Made by a program: the position numbers and the translations under genes. A stretch of DNA of 64,000 nt from Hemiscyllium ocellatum (Eukaryota): NCBI RefSeq assembly GCF_020745735.1, contig NC_083443.1, forward strand, positions 19,581,006-19,645,005. The letters are read 5' to 3'. This document shows positions 51,114 to 63,001 of this stretch, in pieces. Each line of letters begins with the position of its first letter. Position 1 is the stretch's first letter. The notes below the pieces were generated by a model. That model saw only the letters and a list, made by a program, of their open reading frames with translations, ran no database searches and had not been told where the DNA came from.

Positions 51114-51725
51114 TCATTGGAACCAATTCTGGAAAACGTCCCTGTTCTCTTAAGAAACTGAACTCAGAGCAATCACCAGAAGCTTGGAATAAATTTCAAC
51201 ACAGTCAAAGTTTTGAGCAATAGCCTAAGGTTATCTTAGGCCTATACATTATAATGGATACTACAGACATGTAGATCCAGAGCTGTTCCCGACACAACAA
51301 GGGTAATGCACAGAATCACATTATTACAATGCAGAAGAAAGCTATTCAGCACACTATGTACGCACCATCTCTCTGAATGAGCTTCATGACTTAGAGTCAT
51401 CCTTACACTTTTGATCCATAATCCTATACATTACTTATAATTAAATAATCATCTTCAAAGTCCTTCTGAAAGATTCAATTGAACCTATCTCCATGTCACA
51501 ACTGGGCAGTGCATTCCAGACCAGAACCACATTTGTTTTCACATATATGATGATGTGGTCACTTTAAAGAGGTTATTTGGCCCTTGGTTTGTTTTTGAAG
51601 AGAGATCATCATGGCAGAGATGCTGCAGGGCCTAGTTTAACAATGCAAAGGGAGTGGCCAGTTCTCCCAGTTCTGGATTTTTCTAGTTTGCTTTTAGCTG
51701 TAGCAGTCACAAGGTATGAGAGTCC

Positions 51726-52324
51726 GTTGTTGTGGTTCTGTTCGCCGAGCTGGAAGTTTTTGCTGCAAACGTTTCGTTCCCTGGCTAGGGAACATCATCA
51801 GTGCGGTGGGAGCCTCGTGTGAAGCGCTGCTTTGATGTTTCTTCCGGTATTTATATTGGTTTGTTCTTGCCGCTTCCGGGTGTCAGTTTCAGCTGCAGTG
51901 ATTTGTATCTGGGGTCCAGGTCGGTGTGTCTGTTGATGGATGTTCTTGCCATTTCCGGGTGTCAGTTTCAGTTGTAGTGGTTTGTATATGGTGTCCAGGT
52001 CAATGTGTCTATTGACCTGGACACCATATACAAACCACTACAACTGAAACTGACACCCGGAAACGGCAAGAACATCCATCAACAGACACACCGACCTGGA
52101 CCCCAGATACAAATCACTGCAGCTGAAACTGACACCCGGAAGCGGCAAGAACAAACCAATATAAATACCGGAAGAAACATCAAAGCAGCGCTTCACACGA
52201 GGCTCCCACCGCACTGATGATGTTCCCTAGCCAGGGAACGAAACGTTTGCAGCAAAAACTTCCAGCTCGGCGAACAGAACCACAACAATGGATACCCGAG
52301 CTACAAATCTTCAATCAGATTTTA
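51726..52324. mobile_element. Young, near-perfect fold-back Penelope-like insertion (282-bp arms, 6-nt loop, 32-nt tail)
   Basis: Arms 51723-52004 and 52011-52292 with no indels and loop GTGTCT. Perfect 11-bp TSD TATGAGAGTCC at 51715-51725 and 52325-52335. Confidence 0.93.
52211..52250 (+). ncRNA. Intact minimal type I hammerhead ribozyme motif (mirror at 51765-51804 on the - strand)
   Basis: GCA CTGATGA t GTTCCCT agcc AGGGAAC GAAA CGTT TGC: all core boxes, 7-bp stem II, palindromic ACGT stem III and 3-bp stem I. Confidence 0.82.
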
Positions 52325-52769
52325 TATGAGAGTCCAGGGGAGTTCTAAGCTTCAGTAAAGAATTTCTCTGACTTTTTTCTGAAATCTCTCTTTGGATGTT
52401 GTTCCCTTCTGCCTGTTAGAATCTGTGTTTGAATATGCCTTTATGGGATGTTTGGAACAGTTAGTTAGCAATAGTTACTGTATCAGGTTGGTTAAGTTTT
52501 CTAATAGTTAAGTGATTTTAAATCCTGCTTTCTTTTGTTTGTGTTTTAAATGTAGTAAATAAATTCTGCTTTGCTGAAAGCGGAGTGATTTGACATGTTG
52601 CATCATACCTGGAACATTCACTCACATCTGCCTTTAAAGTAAGAAAATGTTAGTGTCTAGGCTACTTCTTAAAATATTTTATGGGGTTCTGGCCTGGTCC
52701 ATAACAAAAACATTAACTTATTTTGCAAATCACCTTAAATCCTTGTTCTCGAACAATTCTGAGAGAGAA

Positions 52770-54480
52770 CAGTTTCTCCATATCTACTCTGTCACATTTG
52801 AAAACTTTAACCTCCTCTTCCCTCCAAAGAAAAAGGTCCCAACTTCTCAAATCTATCCTCATGATTCATCTTTCTTCTAAATCTTTTCTGCACATTCTCT
52901 AATGCATTCACAAGCTTCTTTTAGACTGGTGCCCAGAACTATACACCATACTCGAACTGAGATCCAACTGGTTATAGAGTCATAGAGTCGTACAGCACTG
53001 AAACAGACCCTTTGGTCCAACCATACCAAAGATAATCCCAAACAAAACTCATCCCACCTGCCTGCTCCTGGCTCATTTCTCTCTATACCTTTCCTATTTC
53101 TGTATTTACCAAATGTTATTTAAATGTTGTAATTGTGCCCACATGCATCACTTCCTCAGGATGTTCATTCCACTCTCTGTGTAAAATATTTGCCCCTCAT
53201 GTCTTTTTTAAATCTCTCTCCTCTCACCTTAGAAATATGCCCCCAATCTTGAAATTCCCTATCCTAGGGAAAAGACAACTGCCATTAATCCATTCTATAC
53301 CCCTCATGATTTTATAAACTTCAACAAGGCCACCTCTCAATCTCCTATGCTTCAGTGAAAAATGTCCCAGCTCTCTTTATGATTCAAACCCTCCATACCC
53401 AGCTACATTCTGGTAAGTCTCTTCTAAACCCATTCCAGTTTAATATCCTTCCTATAGCTGGGTGACCAGAACTGGCCTGTCCTTTGCAAGTTCATCATAA
53501 TCTCCTTGCTCTATGCTCCTACTAATGAAGCCTAGGATACTGTTCACTTCATTGACTGCTATCTCTACCTGTCTGGCCACATTTAATAACTTTAATGGCA
53601 CATTTGACCAGAAGTATCACCTCACACCTTACAACATTGAACATCATCCGTAAGCTACCTACTCATTCCCACCGGTTTTTTAATATCCTTGTGAAGTTCT
53701 CAAATCTCATCCTTACTACAGCCCTTCTAAGTTTTCTATCAAATGCAAAGTTTGAAATTGCCCCTGCACATTAAGGTCTAGGTTATTTACGTATATAAGA
53801 ATAGCGGGGGAGCTAGTACTGACCCCTAGAGGCAAAAACAGAACACGGCAGAGAAACTCAGCAGATCTTGTAGCATCTGTGGAGAGAGAAACAGAATTAA
53901 TACGTCGAGTCCAAAGATGGCTTCTCATTCCAATGCTGCTGAGTTTCCCCAGCACTTCGTTTCCGGTTTCCAGCATCCACAGTATTTTACATTTATCGGA
54001 CTCCTGAGAAACTCAACTACAAACTTTCTTCAGCCCAATAAGTATCCATTACCCATTATTCACTGTTTCTTATCAGTCAGCAAATTTTGTACCCACGTGT
54101 CCTCTTTATTCCACGTGTTATATCATTTTTCACAAGTCTGTTTTGTGATACAGAATGAAACAACTTTTGGAAGCACAGGTACACAACACCAACAGCGCTA
54201 ACATCATTAACCCTCTCTGTTACCTCCTCACAGAACTCCAGCATGACCTGAGGGGTAATTGTTTTACACAGAGACTGGTTCATGCGTGGAATGAACTTCC
54301 AGAGGAAGAGGCAGATGCAGGTACAGTTACAATGTTTAAAATATATTTAGATAGGTAAATGAATAAGAAATGTTTGGAGGGATATGGGCCAAGTGCAGGC
54401 AGGAGGGACTAGTTTAGTTTGGGATTATGGTCAGCATGGACTGATCGGACCGAAGGCTCTGCTTCTCTGATATGACTCTA
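52770..54480. mobile_element. Cluster of nested CR1-type fragments (including about 52975-53475 on - and 54240-54480 on +)
   Basis: (ATAGAGTC) tails, DLRGNCFTQRLVHAWNELPEE and VYLCFQKLFHSV remnants. Confidence 0.7.
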
Positions 54481-54912
54481 CATTCATTAAACCTGCTTTC
54501 TCCTTAAGAAATACTTGCTGGCTCTCCCAATCAGATTTATGGTCTGTCCCTGTGATTATTAATTCTAACTCAAATTATTGCTTCTGAAAGTTTCCCAATA
54601 CCAAAGCGACACTGTGTCAGTAATTTCTGGGCTCATCCTTACAACCCTTTGTGAACAAGAGGGTAAATATCCTGGAAGGGTAATTCAGCATTTATAAAGT
54701 GGAGAATTATTTTCTGCAAAAGTATTTTTATTGAAAACCAAAAATATTGATGTTTTTCCTAATTGAATCACAATGTTACCAAAGCAAAGAAACTAAATTA
54801 TCGAGGCATTTAGTGTCGCCCTTTGAATTGCTGAGCAGAATTGGAGTGCAGCATTAATATTCCCCTTCAGTAAGCGAAGCATCGATTTTGCACAGTCACC
54901 AGCAGCTCTCCT

Positions 54913-54919
54913 TATATAA
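54913..54919 (+). promoter_or_regulatory. TATA box of gene B
   Basis: CTTATATAAGG, at nearly the same distance from the ATG as the gene A TATA box. Confidence 0.7.
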
Positions 54920-54951
54920 GGCAGTGGGCGACTGAGGTGTAGCTGTACTCT

Positions 54952-54971
54952 GGCGCTGTCCAACTGCTGAA
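54952..54971 (-). promoter_or_regulatory. RE1/NRSE-like motif in the 5' UTR of gene B
   Basis: Reverse complement reads TTCAGCAgttGGACAGCGCC versus canonical TTCAGCACCACGGACAGCGCC: perfect right half, left core present, 1 nt shorter. Confidence 0.45.
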
Positions 54972-54973
54972 AG

Positions 54974-55981
54974 ATGAATTCGAGCAGGCAGTCTGTGAGC
55001 AGCTCTCCTTTTAGGAGAGTGTACTCAATCTCCTCTCGGAGATCGAGTCGGAATCTGGGCTCTCAGATCCCAACATTCAGCTCCCAGGTGTGGCCCAGAG
55101 ACACTTCCCACAGACAGGGAGGTCTGGCGGCGAGCCGAGAGTCCAGGCTGCGGGGAAATGTTGGGATCGGCCTCGGATATGACCAAGTGCTGGGCGCCAA
55201 TGAGAAGGAGCTGCTGCAGGGGCTGAATGACCGCTTCGCCAGCTTCATCGACAAGGTCCGTCAGCTGGAACACAGCAACAAGGCTCTGGAGGCAGAGATC
55301 ACCGAGTTAAGGGCAAGCCAAACCTCCCAGTCTGACCTCGCTCATGTCTATGAGCCAGAAATGACCGAGCTCCGGAACCTCATCCAGGAAAGTGAGAGGC
55401 AGAAGCTGGGTTTCCACTTGGACCGGGATCACCTGGAGGAAGATCTCCGCCGGTTGCAGAGGAAATACGAGGAAGAGAGACAGGTCCGACAAGAGGCTGA
55501 AGCCACTCTCCAGGCTCTGAAGAAAGACACAGAGAGTGTGCTCCTGACTAAACTGGAGCTGGAGAAGAAAGCCCAGGCGCTGGCGGATGAGATCGAGTTC
55601 CTGAAGAGCAACCACGAGGAAGAGGTGGCCGATCTCTTCTCTCAGATCCAAGCCTCCCAGGTCGGGCTGGAGATGAAGGATTTCCTGAAGCCGGACCTGA
55701 CTGGGGCCCTGAGAGAGATCCGGGCGCAGCTGCAGGGCTACGCCAGTGTCAACCTGCAGCAGGCGGAGCAGTGGTTCACAGCGAGAGTCGCCAAGCTCAA
55801 TGATGCAGCAGCCAGCAACAGGGAGACTCTGCAGAAGACCCGGCAGGAGATCAGTGAGTACAACCGCCAGCTCCAGTCCAAGAACCTGCAGCTGGAGACA
55901 GTCAGAGGGAGGAAGGAGTCTTTGGAGAAACAGCTGGATGAGGTTGGAAGCAGACACCGCGCTGAATTAATGCGGTACCAG
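54974..55981 (+). CDS. NEFM-like: Neurofilament medium-like gene B, coding exon 1. Full CDS join(54974..55981,56074..56198,63002..63785), 638 aa
   Basis: ATG in AAGATGA context, 61 nt after TATATAA. Contains SPFRRV, SSQVWPR and NEKELLQGLNDRFASFIDKVRQLE. Ends CAG|GTGAGG. Same 1008-nt length as gene A exon 1 CDS. Confidence 0.92.
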
Positions 55982-56073
55982 GTGAGGGTGCCATAGGAAG
56001 CTAATGGACTCTGTCCCACTGCCTCCATTATTTAGTTATAATGTGTGTGTATAATTTGTTGTTTGTTTTCCAG

Positions 56074-56198
56074 GACACCGTTCAACAATTAGAGAACGAG
56101 CTGAGACACACCAAACAGGAGATGGCTCATCAACTCCGGGAGTATCAAGATCTGCTCAACGTCAAACTGGCCCTAGATGTGGAGATCACCTCCTACAG
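56074..56198 (+). CDS. NEFM-like: Neurofilament medium-like gene B, exon 2
   Basis: TTTGTTTTCCAG acceptor, then 125 nt encoding [42 protein letters not shown], then AG|GTGAGT donor. Confidence 0.95.
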
Positions 56199-56619
56199 GT
56201 GAGTTCACCGGGGTGGCTGGTGTTGTGGCTAACACTTCAAAAGCATTCGATTGCGGTCATCAAGCCCGTGCCGCTTAAAGATTTCTTTTTAAACATTTAG
56301 ACAATACTAATTGATGTAATCAAGTTCACGTGACTCTTCTAATGACATCGAGCTGATTAAACATTGTAGAAGTGTTTGAAATTAATGAAAGATTTAACAG
56401 AGTCCCGACCAATAGAGAGTCAGATTGCTAGATGTTGCTAAGCAGAATTTGTGAACTGAAAACTTTAAATTTTCCTTTCAGTTATTCCCCAGATCAATGT
56501 TGAAGAGAGTAATCTCCTTCCAAAAGAGTGTTAATTTATCATTAATAATTCCAAAGAAGGAAGTGTTTATGTCTTACTGTTCACATCCCTGGGGCATTTT
56601 CACAGCCAACAGGACAAGT

Positions 56620-57500
56620 TAGAACATATACATAGAACAGAGTTCATTACAGCGCAGTACAGGCCCTTCGGCCCTCAATGCTGCGCCGACCTGTCATACC
56701 AATCTGAAGCCCACCTAACCTACACTATTCCATGTATGTCCATACACTTGTCCAATGAGAACTTAAATGTCCTTCAAGTTGGCGAATTTACTACCGTTGT
56801 AGGCAAAGCATTCCATACCCTTACTACTCTCTGAGTAAAGAAACTACCTCTGACATCTGTCCTATACCTATCCTCCTCAATTTAAAGCTATGCCCCCTTG
56901 TGCTTGCCATCACCATACTTGGAAAAAGGCTCTCCCTGTCCACCCTATCTAACCCTCTGATTATCTTATATGTCTCTATTGAGTCTCCTCTCAACCTTCT
57001 TCTTTCTAATGAAAACAACCTCAAGTCCCTCAGCCTTTCCTCATAAGACCTTCCTTCCATACCAGGCAACATCCTAGTAAATCTCCTCTGCACCCTTTCC
57101 AAAGCTTCCACATTCTTCTTATAATGTGGTGACCAGAACTATACACAATACTCCAAGTGCAGCCGCACCAGAGTTTTGTACAGCTGCAACATAACCTCAT
57201 GGTTCCGGAACTCGATCCCTCTATTAATAAAAGCTAAAACACTGTACCTTCTTAACAACCCTGTCAACCTGGATGGCAACTTTCAAGGATCTGTGTACAT
57301 GGACACCGAGATCTCTCTGCTCATCCACACTACCAAGAATCTTACCATTAGCCCAGTATTTTGCATTCCGGTTACTCTGACCAAAGTGAATCACCTCACA
57401 CTTGTCCGCATTAAACTCCATTTGCCACCTCTCAGCCCAGCTCTGCAGCTTATCTATGTCTCTCTGTAACCTACAACATCCTTCATCACTATCCACAACT
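56620..57500 (-). mobile_element. CR1-type LINE 3' fragment in gene B intron 2
   Basis: LQRDIDKLQSWAERWQMEFNADKCEVIHFG and ALERVQRRFTRMLPGM..SYEERL on the - strand. Confidence 0.92.
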
Positions 57501-59042
57501 TAATGTATTATGGTTGTCACTGCTGTAATGTTGCTTGCCTGTATGAGTGCAAGTTTAACAACACTCAAGAAGTGTGACATCATCACAGGACAAAGCAGCC
57601 TGCTTGACTGACACCACATCCACAGACATTCACTCCTTCTATAACTGCCTCATCTACAAACTGCACTGCAGAAATTCACCAAGGTTCTGTACACAGCATC
57701 TTCCACACCCATGCCCACTGCCATCTAGCAGGACAAGGGCAGCGGATACATGAAAATGCTACTACCTGCAAGTTCCCCTCCAAGCAACTCACCACCCTGA
57801 CTTGGAGATGTATCATAGTTCTTTCAATATCACTGGGTCAAAATCCTGGGATTCTTTCCCATTGGTATTATGGGTCTACCTACAAAGAAAGGACAACAGT
57901 GATTCAAGAAGACAGCTTGCCACCACCTTCCCAGGGGCAACTAGTGACAGGGAATAAATGCTGACCCACATTCCATGGATTAATTTTTAAAAAGGCAGTT
58001 AACCTATGCATAGCAATATCCAATTAATGTCAATGATACAAATAATGAAAACATCAGTTAGATGAGGAATAGATATTACCCAGGACACCTCTGGCTGTGA
58101 AATGGTTAAAGCCCCAATCTTTCTAAAATAGCTGCATGGTTACCTTTTTACTTTATTTGAACAGTTCCAATGTATCACAGTAACACACCAGCAAACAATC
58201 AGGTCGCGATCATATATTTTATCTGCCTTACCAATAAAAACCTATTTGCATTTGTTCTGGTGCAGTGCTGTGCTGCTGCAGTCATCCTGCAGTGGGCAGG
58301 CACATCCAGCAATACACCAGACTGGTATGGGCAATGACTCCTTCCTTTTTTGCTAATTTCATTGAAACAGGAGTAGGTCATTCAGGAGCAGTCAATTACA
58401 TCATGGCTGTTCTATATTCTAATCCCATCCATCTGCCTTTGATCAAGAATTCCTTAATAATCTTGCCTCTTTATCTCAGTTTCGCACTTTCATTTGACCT
58501 TCAAGCCTCTTTGTAGAAGAAAGTTCTGGACCCACATGAACTTTGCACACCCACATGAAAGAAGCCTTTGTTATTTCTAGATTAACATATTTAGGGTCTG
58601 AAAATTGGCCTGAAATGCTGACCTTCTGTTCTCTTCACAGATACTGCTATGATGGACTATTTTTTGATTCAAGTTTCTGATTACCAATATCTGCAACACT
58701 TTATAGTTGAGAATTTAATTTTCCATTAGCCATTTTAGTAGTAGCCACTAATATCCATACATAAGTTTTCACAGTGAAAAGTCAGCTGACTATACCAATT
58801 GTCAGGACAAAACAGACACTATAATTGGCCCAAGCATGTCTGCATGAGGTTATATCTCCTACTTTCCAGAATCAAGGGAATTTCAAAACATTGACGCCAA
58901 TGCTTCTACTAGCCAATGAGCAACCTCTTTTAAGATGAAATCCATCCGGACCCCAAGAGTTGTCAGCCTACAATTCCATCAGTTGCTCAGCACTACCTCT
59001 CTCATGTCTGTAATTTCACTAAGTTCCTCTCTCCTTTCCATA

Positions 59043-59228
59043 GAGGAAAAAGTGAGGACTGCAGATGCTGGCGATCAGAGCTGAAAATGTGTTGCTGGAA
59101 AAGCGCAGCAGGTCAGGCAGCATCCAAGGAACAGGAATCCTGATGAAGGGCTTATGCCCGAAATGTCGAATTTCCTGTTCCTTGGATGCTGCCTGACCTG
59201 CTGCGCTTTTCCAGCAACACATTTTCAG
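59043..59228. mobile_element. Family-A fold-back insertion in gene B intron 2, with a sense-strand hammerhead motif in the loop
   Basis: About 60-bp inverted arms. CTGATGAagggcttatgcccGAAATGTC at 59140-59167. 16-bp TSD CTCTCTCCTTTCCATA at 59027-59042 and 59229-59244. Confidence 0.88.
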
Positions 59229-59849
59229 CTCTCTCCTTTCCATATTCAAGTTCAAACCTGAGCTTTAAGCAGGGTATTCCAGTTGGGCTTCTCACATCCA
59301 TCACTTCTCTACTGGAAAACACTTGTACTTTATGGAGACATTGCATGAATACAAATGGGAGAACTATCCATGATTCTGCTACAATTACCATCTAGCATCC
59401 TACATGAACAGCAATCAGATTGTCTGAGATATAGAAGGACCTTTAGCATCTGTGAATCCCATGGAAATCACAACATGACAAAAGAAGTTTATGGAGGCCT
59501 AGTTCTGCATTGCACCTTAAATGATGATAGTGTATCATTCCCAGTTACTTCAAAACATTTGCCTGCAAAATTTATATCCACTGCTGTTTCAGTAGACAAT
59601 GTCTAAAGACAAGTGGAATCCAAAATAACAGCATTTTTTGTTGCAGAGCATTTAAACGGTAATGATTGGATCTAAACGCTTGCAACTGTATGAAGAGAAT
59701 CTCCAATACAACTATTGTGATGAATCCCATCTCACACACTTGCCTTTTTGATTTTTTTTAAGGGGAAACACAGAAAACTACTGACCCTGTCACCCCACCT
59801 CCCTTCAGTACAGTCTGTCCAAACTTTCCCCATAAGAAAACCCACTCAT

Positions 59850-61960
59850 TCCAGGTATCAATCCTCCAAAGCAATTACATCCTTCTTTAAATAAGAAAAC
59901 CAAACATGTACACTGTATTCTAAATATGGTCTCACCAATCCCCTAGCAGAAACTAAAGCAAAACATTCTTTCTTTTTATGTTCAATTCCTCTTGTAATAC
60001 AGGATAGCATCCTATTACCTTTCTTGAGTACATGATGTGCTTGCAAGTTAATGGTTTGTGACTCATACTAGAAAACCTAAATCCTTCTGCAGTGGTTTTC
60101 CATTTAAGTAACATTCTACATTTTTAACCTTCTTGTTAATTTGAACACCTTCACATTTTCGCACATTGTACTCCATCTGTCAGATTGGTGCACACTCATT
60201 CAACCTCTCCATATCTGTGACTTCTTTATGTCTTTCTCATTACATACATTCTTACATATCTTCATATCATTTGCAAATTTAATGACAATGCTTTGGATTC
60301 CCGCATCTAAATCAATGATGTAAATTATAACAAGTTGAGGCCTCAGTACAGACCCTGGTGGGATTCATTGTCACATCTTGCCAATCAGATAAAAGTGCAT
60401 TTATGCATACCAGCTGTTTTCTGGCAGCTAGCCAATCTTCTGTCCACACTAATATGTTACTCTCTATGCCAGGAGCGTTCATTCCTCGCAATAGCCTTTC
60501 ACGTGATATCTTATCAAGTGTCATCCAGATATCCATGTATTTCAGGCTTCCCTTTATCCACAGCACATGTTACTCCTTGAAAGAACTCCAATAGATTGGT
60601 TAAATATGATTATCCTTTGCTGAAACCATGTTGATTCTTCCCAATTAACTTGTGTTTTTCTAAATGCACAATCATAATCTCTTTAATAATCAAGTCTAAC
60701 TCACTCTGCTCAGTAGACATCAAGCTAACTGGCTGATAATTTCCTGTTTCCTGCCTCCCTTTTGAATTGAGAGGTTATTTGTCCAACTTTCTGGTCCAAT
60801 GAACCTTTCCTGAATCAAGAGAATTTCAGAACATTAACACCAACACTTCTACTACCCAATGAGCAAACTCTTTTTAGAGCCAGGAATGAAATCCATCCAG
60901 ACCCAGAGAGTTGTCAGCCCACAATTCCATCAGTTGCTCAGCATCAATTCTCTCATGTCTGTAATTTTGCTAAGTTCCTCTCTCCCTTGCATAGACAAAT
61001 TTAAATCTATTACTGGAATGATTTTATATCCTCTATAGTGAAGACCAAAGTATTTATTCATTTCATCTGCCTTTTTTAAATTCACTCATGGGATGTAGGA
61101 AGTGCTGGCTGGGCCAGCATTTATTGCCCGTCCCTAATTGACCTTGAGAAGGCGGTGGTAAGTTGTCTTCTTGAACTGCTGCAGTCCATGTACTGTAAGT
61201 AGACCCACAATGCCATTTGGGAGAGAATTCCAAAATTTCGACCTAGTGACAGTGAAGGAATCAAGTCAGGGTGATGAGTGTCTTGGAGGGGAGTTTGCAG
61301 GTCATGGTATTCCCATATATGTGCTGCTGTTTCCAGATGAAAATTGGCATGGGCTTGGAAGGTGCATCTATGACTCTTGGGTGAATTTTGGAAATGCATC
61401 ATGTAGATAGTACACAACATGCACTGCAGAAATTTGCCAAAGATCCTTAGGCAGCACCTTCCAAAATGAGATTGCCTTATTATATACTAATAACTCTCCA
61501 TTCTCACTCAATGGAGGACTAACACTTACTTTACTTACTCTGTTTCTTTGAAAATATCTGTAGTAACCTTTGCTATCCATTTTTTACATTCCTAGCTAGC
61601 TTCCTTACATATACTAATTCTTCCTGCTGATTAACTTTTCAGTCATTTTCTGCTATTCTTTAGATTCGGACAAATCATCTGACCTGCCATTCATCTTTGT
61701 GCAGTAATATGTTTTTATCTTGAGTTCACAGCTTTCACTAATGACTTTAGCTAATAATAGATCGTAAGTCCTACCTTTAGACTTTTTCCTTTATTAGTAG
61801 GATACACTTATTGAGTATTTTGAAATATCCCCTTACATGTCTGTCTCTGCATCTTCATTGATCTATTTCTTAGCCTAGTATGCTAACTCACTTCAGCTAG
61901 CTCACTTTCCACATACATGCCTTTATTTAGATTTGAAAAATTAGCCCTGGACCCAGTCAT
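59850..61960 (-). mobile_element. Old, heavily decayed CR1-type ORF2 remnant with a nested LINE tail (about 61080-61420)
   Basis: KKGNRMLSCITRGIE..LVRPYLEYSVHVW and LVWTEDWLAARKQLVCIN..SDWQDVT on the - strand. Confidence 0.7.
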
Positions 61961-63001
61961 CTTCCTGGATCTAAAATTGAACAAGCCAGTGTGTAAGACA
62001 TTGGAGAAGAACAACCTTGATGCAATGAAGGAACGGATCAGGGTACTGGCAACAGTGAAAGAGATCTAGGCAAGAAAACAAACAGTTCCCTTAAAAGGAA
62101 ATATCTTTTTCATTGATTTGATCTCAGCTCAGCAATGAACACAACCGCATCTTGGATTAGACCTCTGAATCAAAGGATCAATATGTAGCGCACATATCTG
62201 ACTGGAGCAAGTAAAGTTACTTCCAGTGCAGTTAGGCCACAGGAAATATCAATGGATTCCACTGACGCATTTAGTAAATGCTGGAAACAATGAGAACAGA
62301 CGCTGAAAATATAATGCACTCTTGAAATAAGACAATAATTGGATCATTGAAATGAAAGATAGGTCATAATTGTTACTTGGGTATTGAGAAATCTTCGGAT
62401 CAGTTGGAATAAAATTCTCTCACTCAACTGGTATCTTGAGAAAGTGGTGCAAAAGGGATAAACACATTTGATGAGGGTGAAATTGATCACCAGTGACAAT
62501 GAGTATTGGGCTGGTAAGGAATCAGCAGCCTTTTAAACACCGAAGCAGTTTTTCCAAAGTATTACCAGGACTTTAGTGAACAGAGAAGTGATATTGGGAT
62601 TAGAAAAGTGAGTCCAAAAAAAGTTTGAACTCTTATTCTATGCACCTCAGTGGAAAGAATAGATGTGATGAGTAAATTAGTTGTTAATTTGCTACACATC
62701 CATTTTGTCCTCTGAATAAAGACCAGTTTCATTTTTTTTTGTCTTCCCTAATCAATAATTTCAATAGCATCCAATGTAATACATTTATATTATCTTACTT
62801 TGCAACACTTGTAGAAATTCATTTAGAAATAATTTTGTTAATCTTACTTTAAAGAAATGTCTATTTGGGAAATTTATCTTGGCTTTTAATCATTTTTTAA
62901 TGAAATGACAGATAAAATTTGCTTCTTTTATAGTATCTATTGTTCTCTGTTTCCGTGGGACAATCTTAAAATTGAGACTAATCATACTTTTCTTTGTTAA
63001 G

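Larger units (their letters stand above)
51546..52706 (+). mobile_element. Possible solo LTR (about 560 bp without the nested insert) interrupting an old CR1 3' end
   Basis: Ends in CATAACA, begins with a degenerate TATGATG, has AATAAA near 52558, and the flanks join into CR1-like sequence. No clean TSD seen. Confidence 0.4.
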
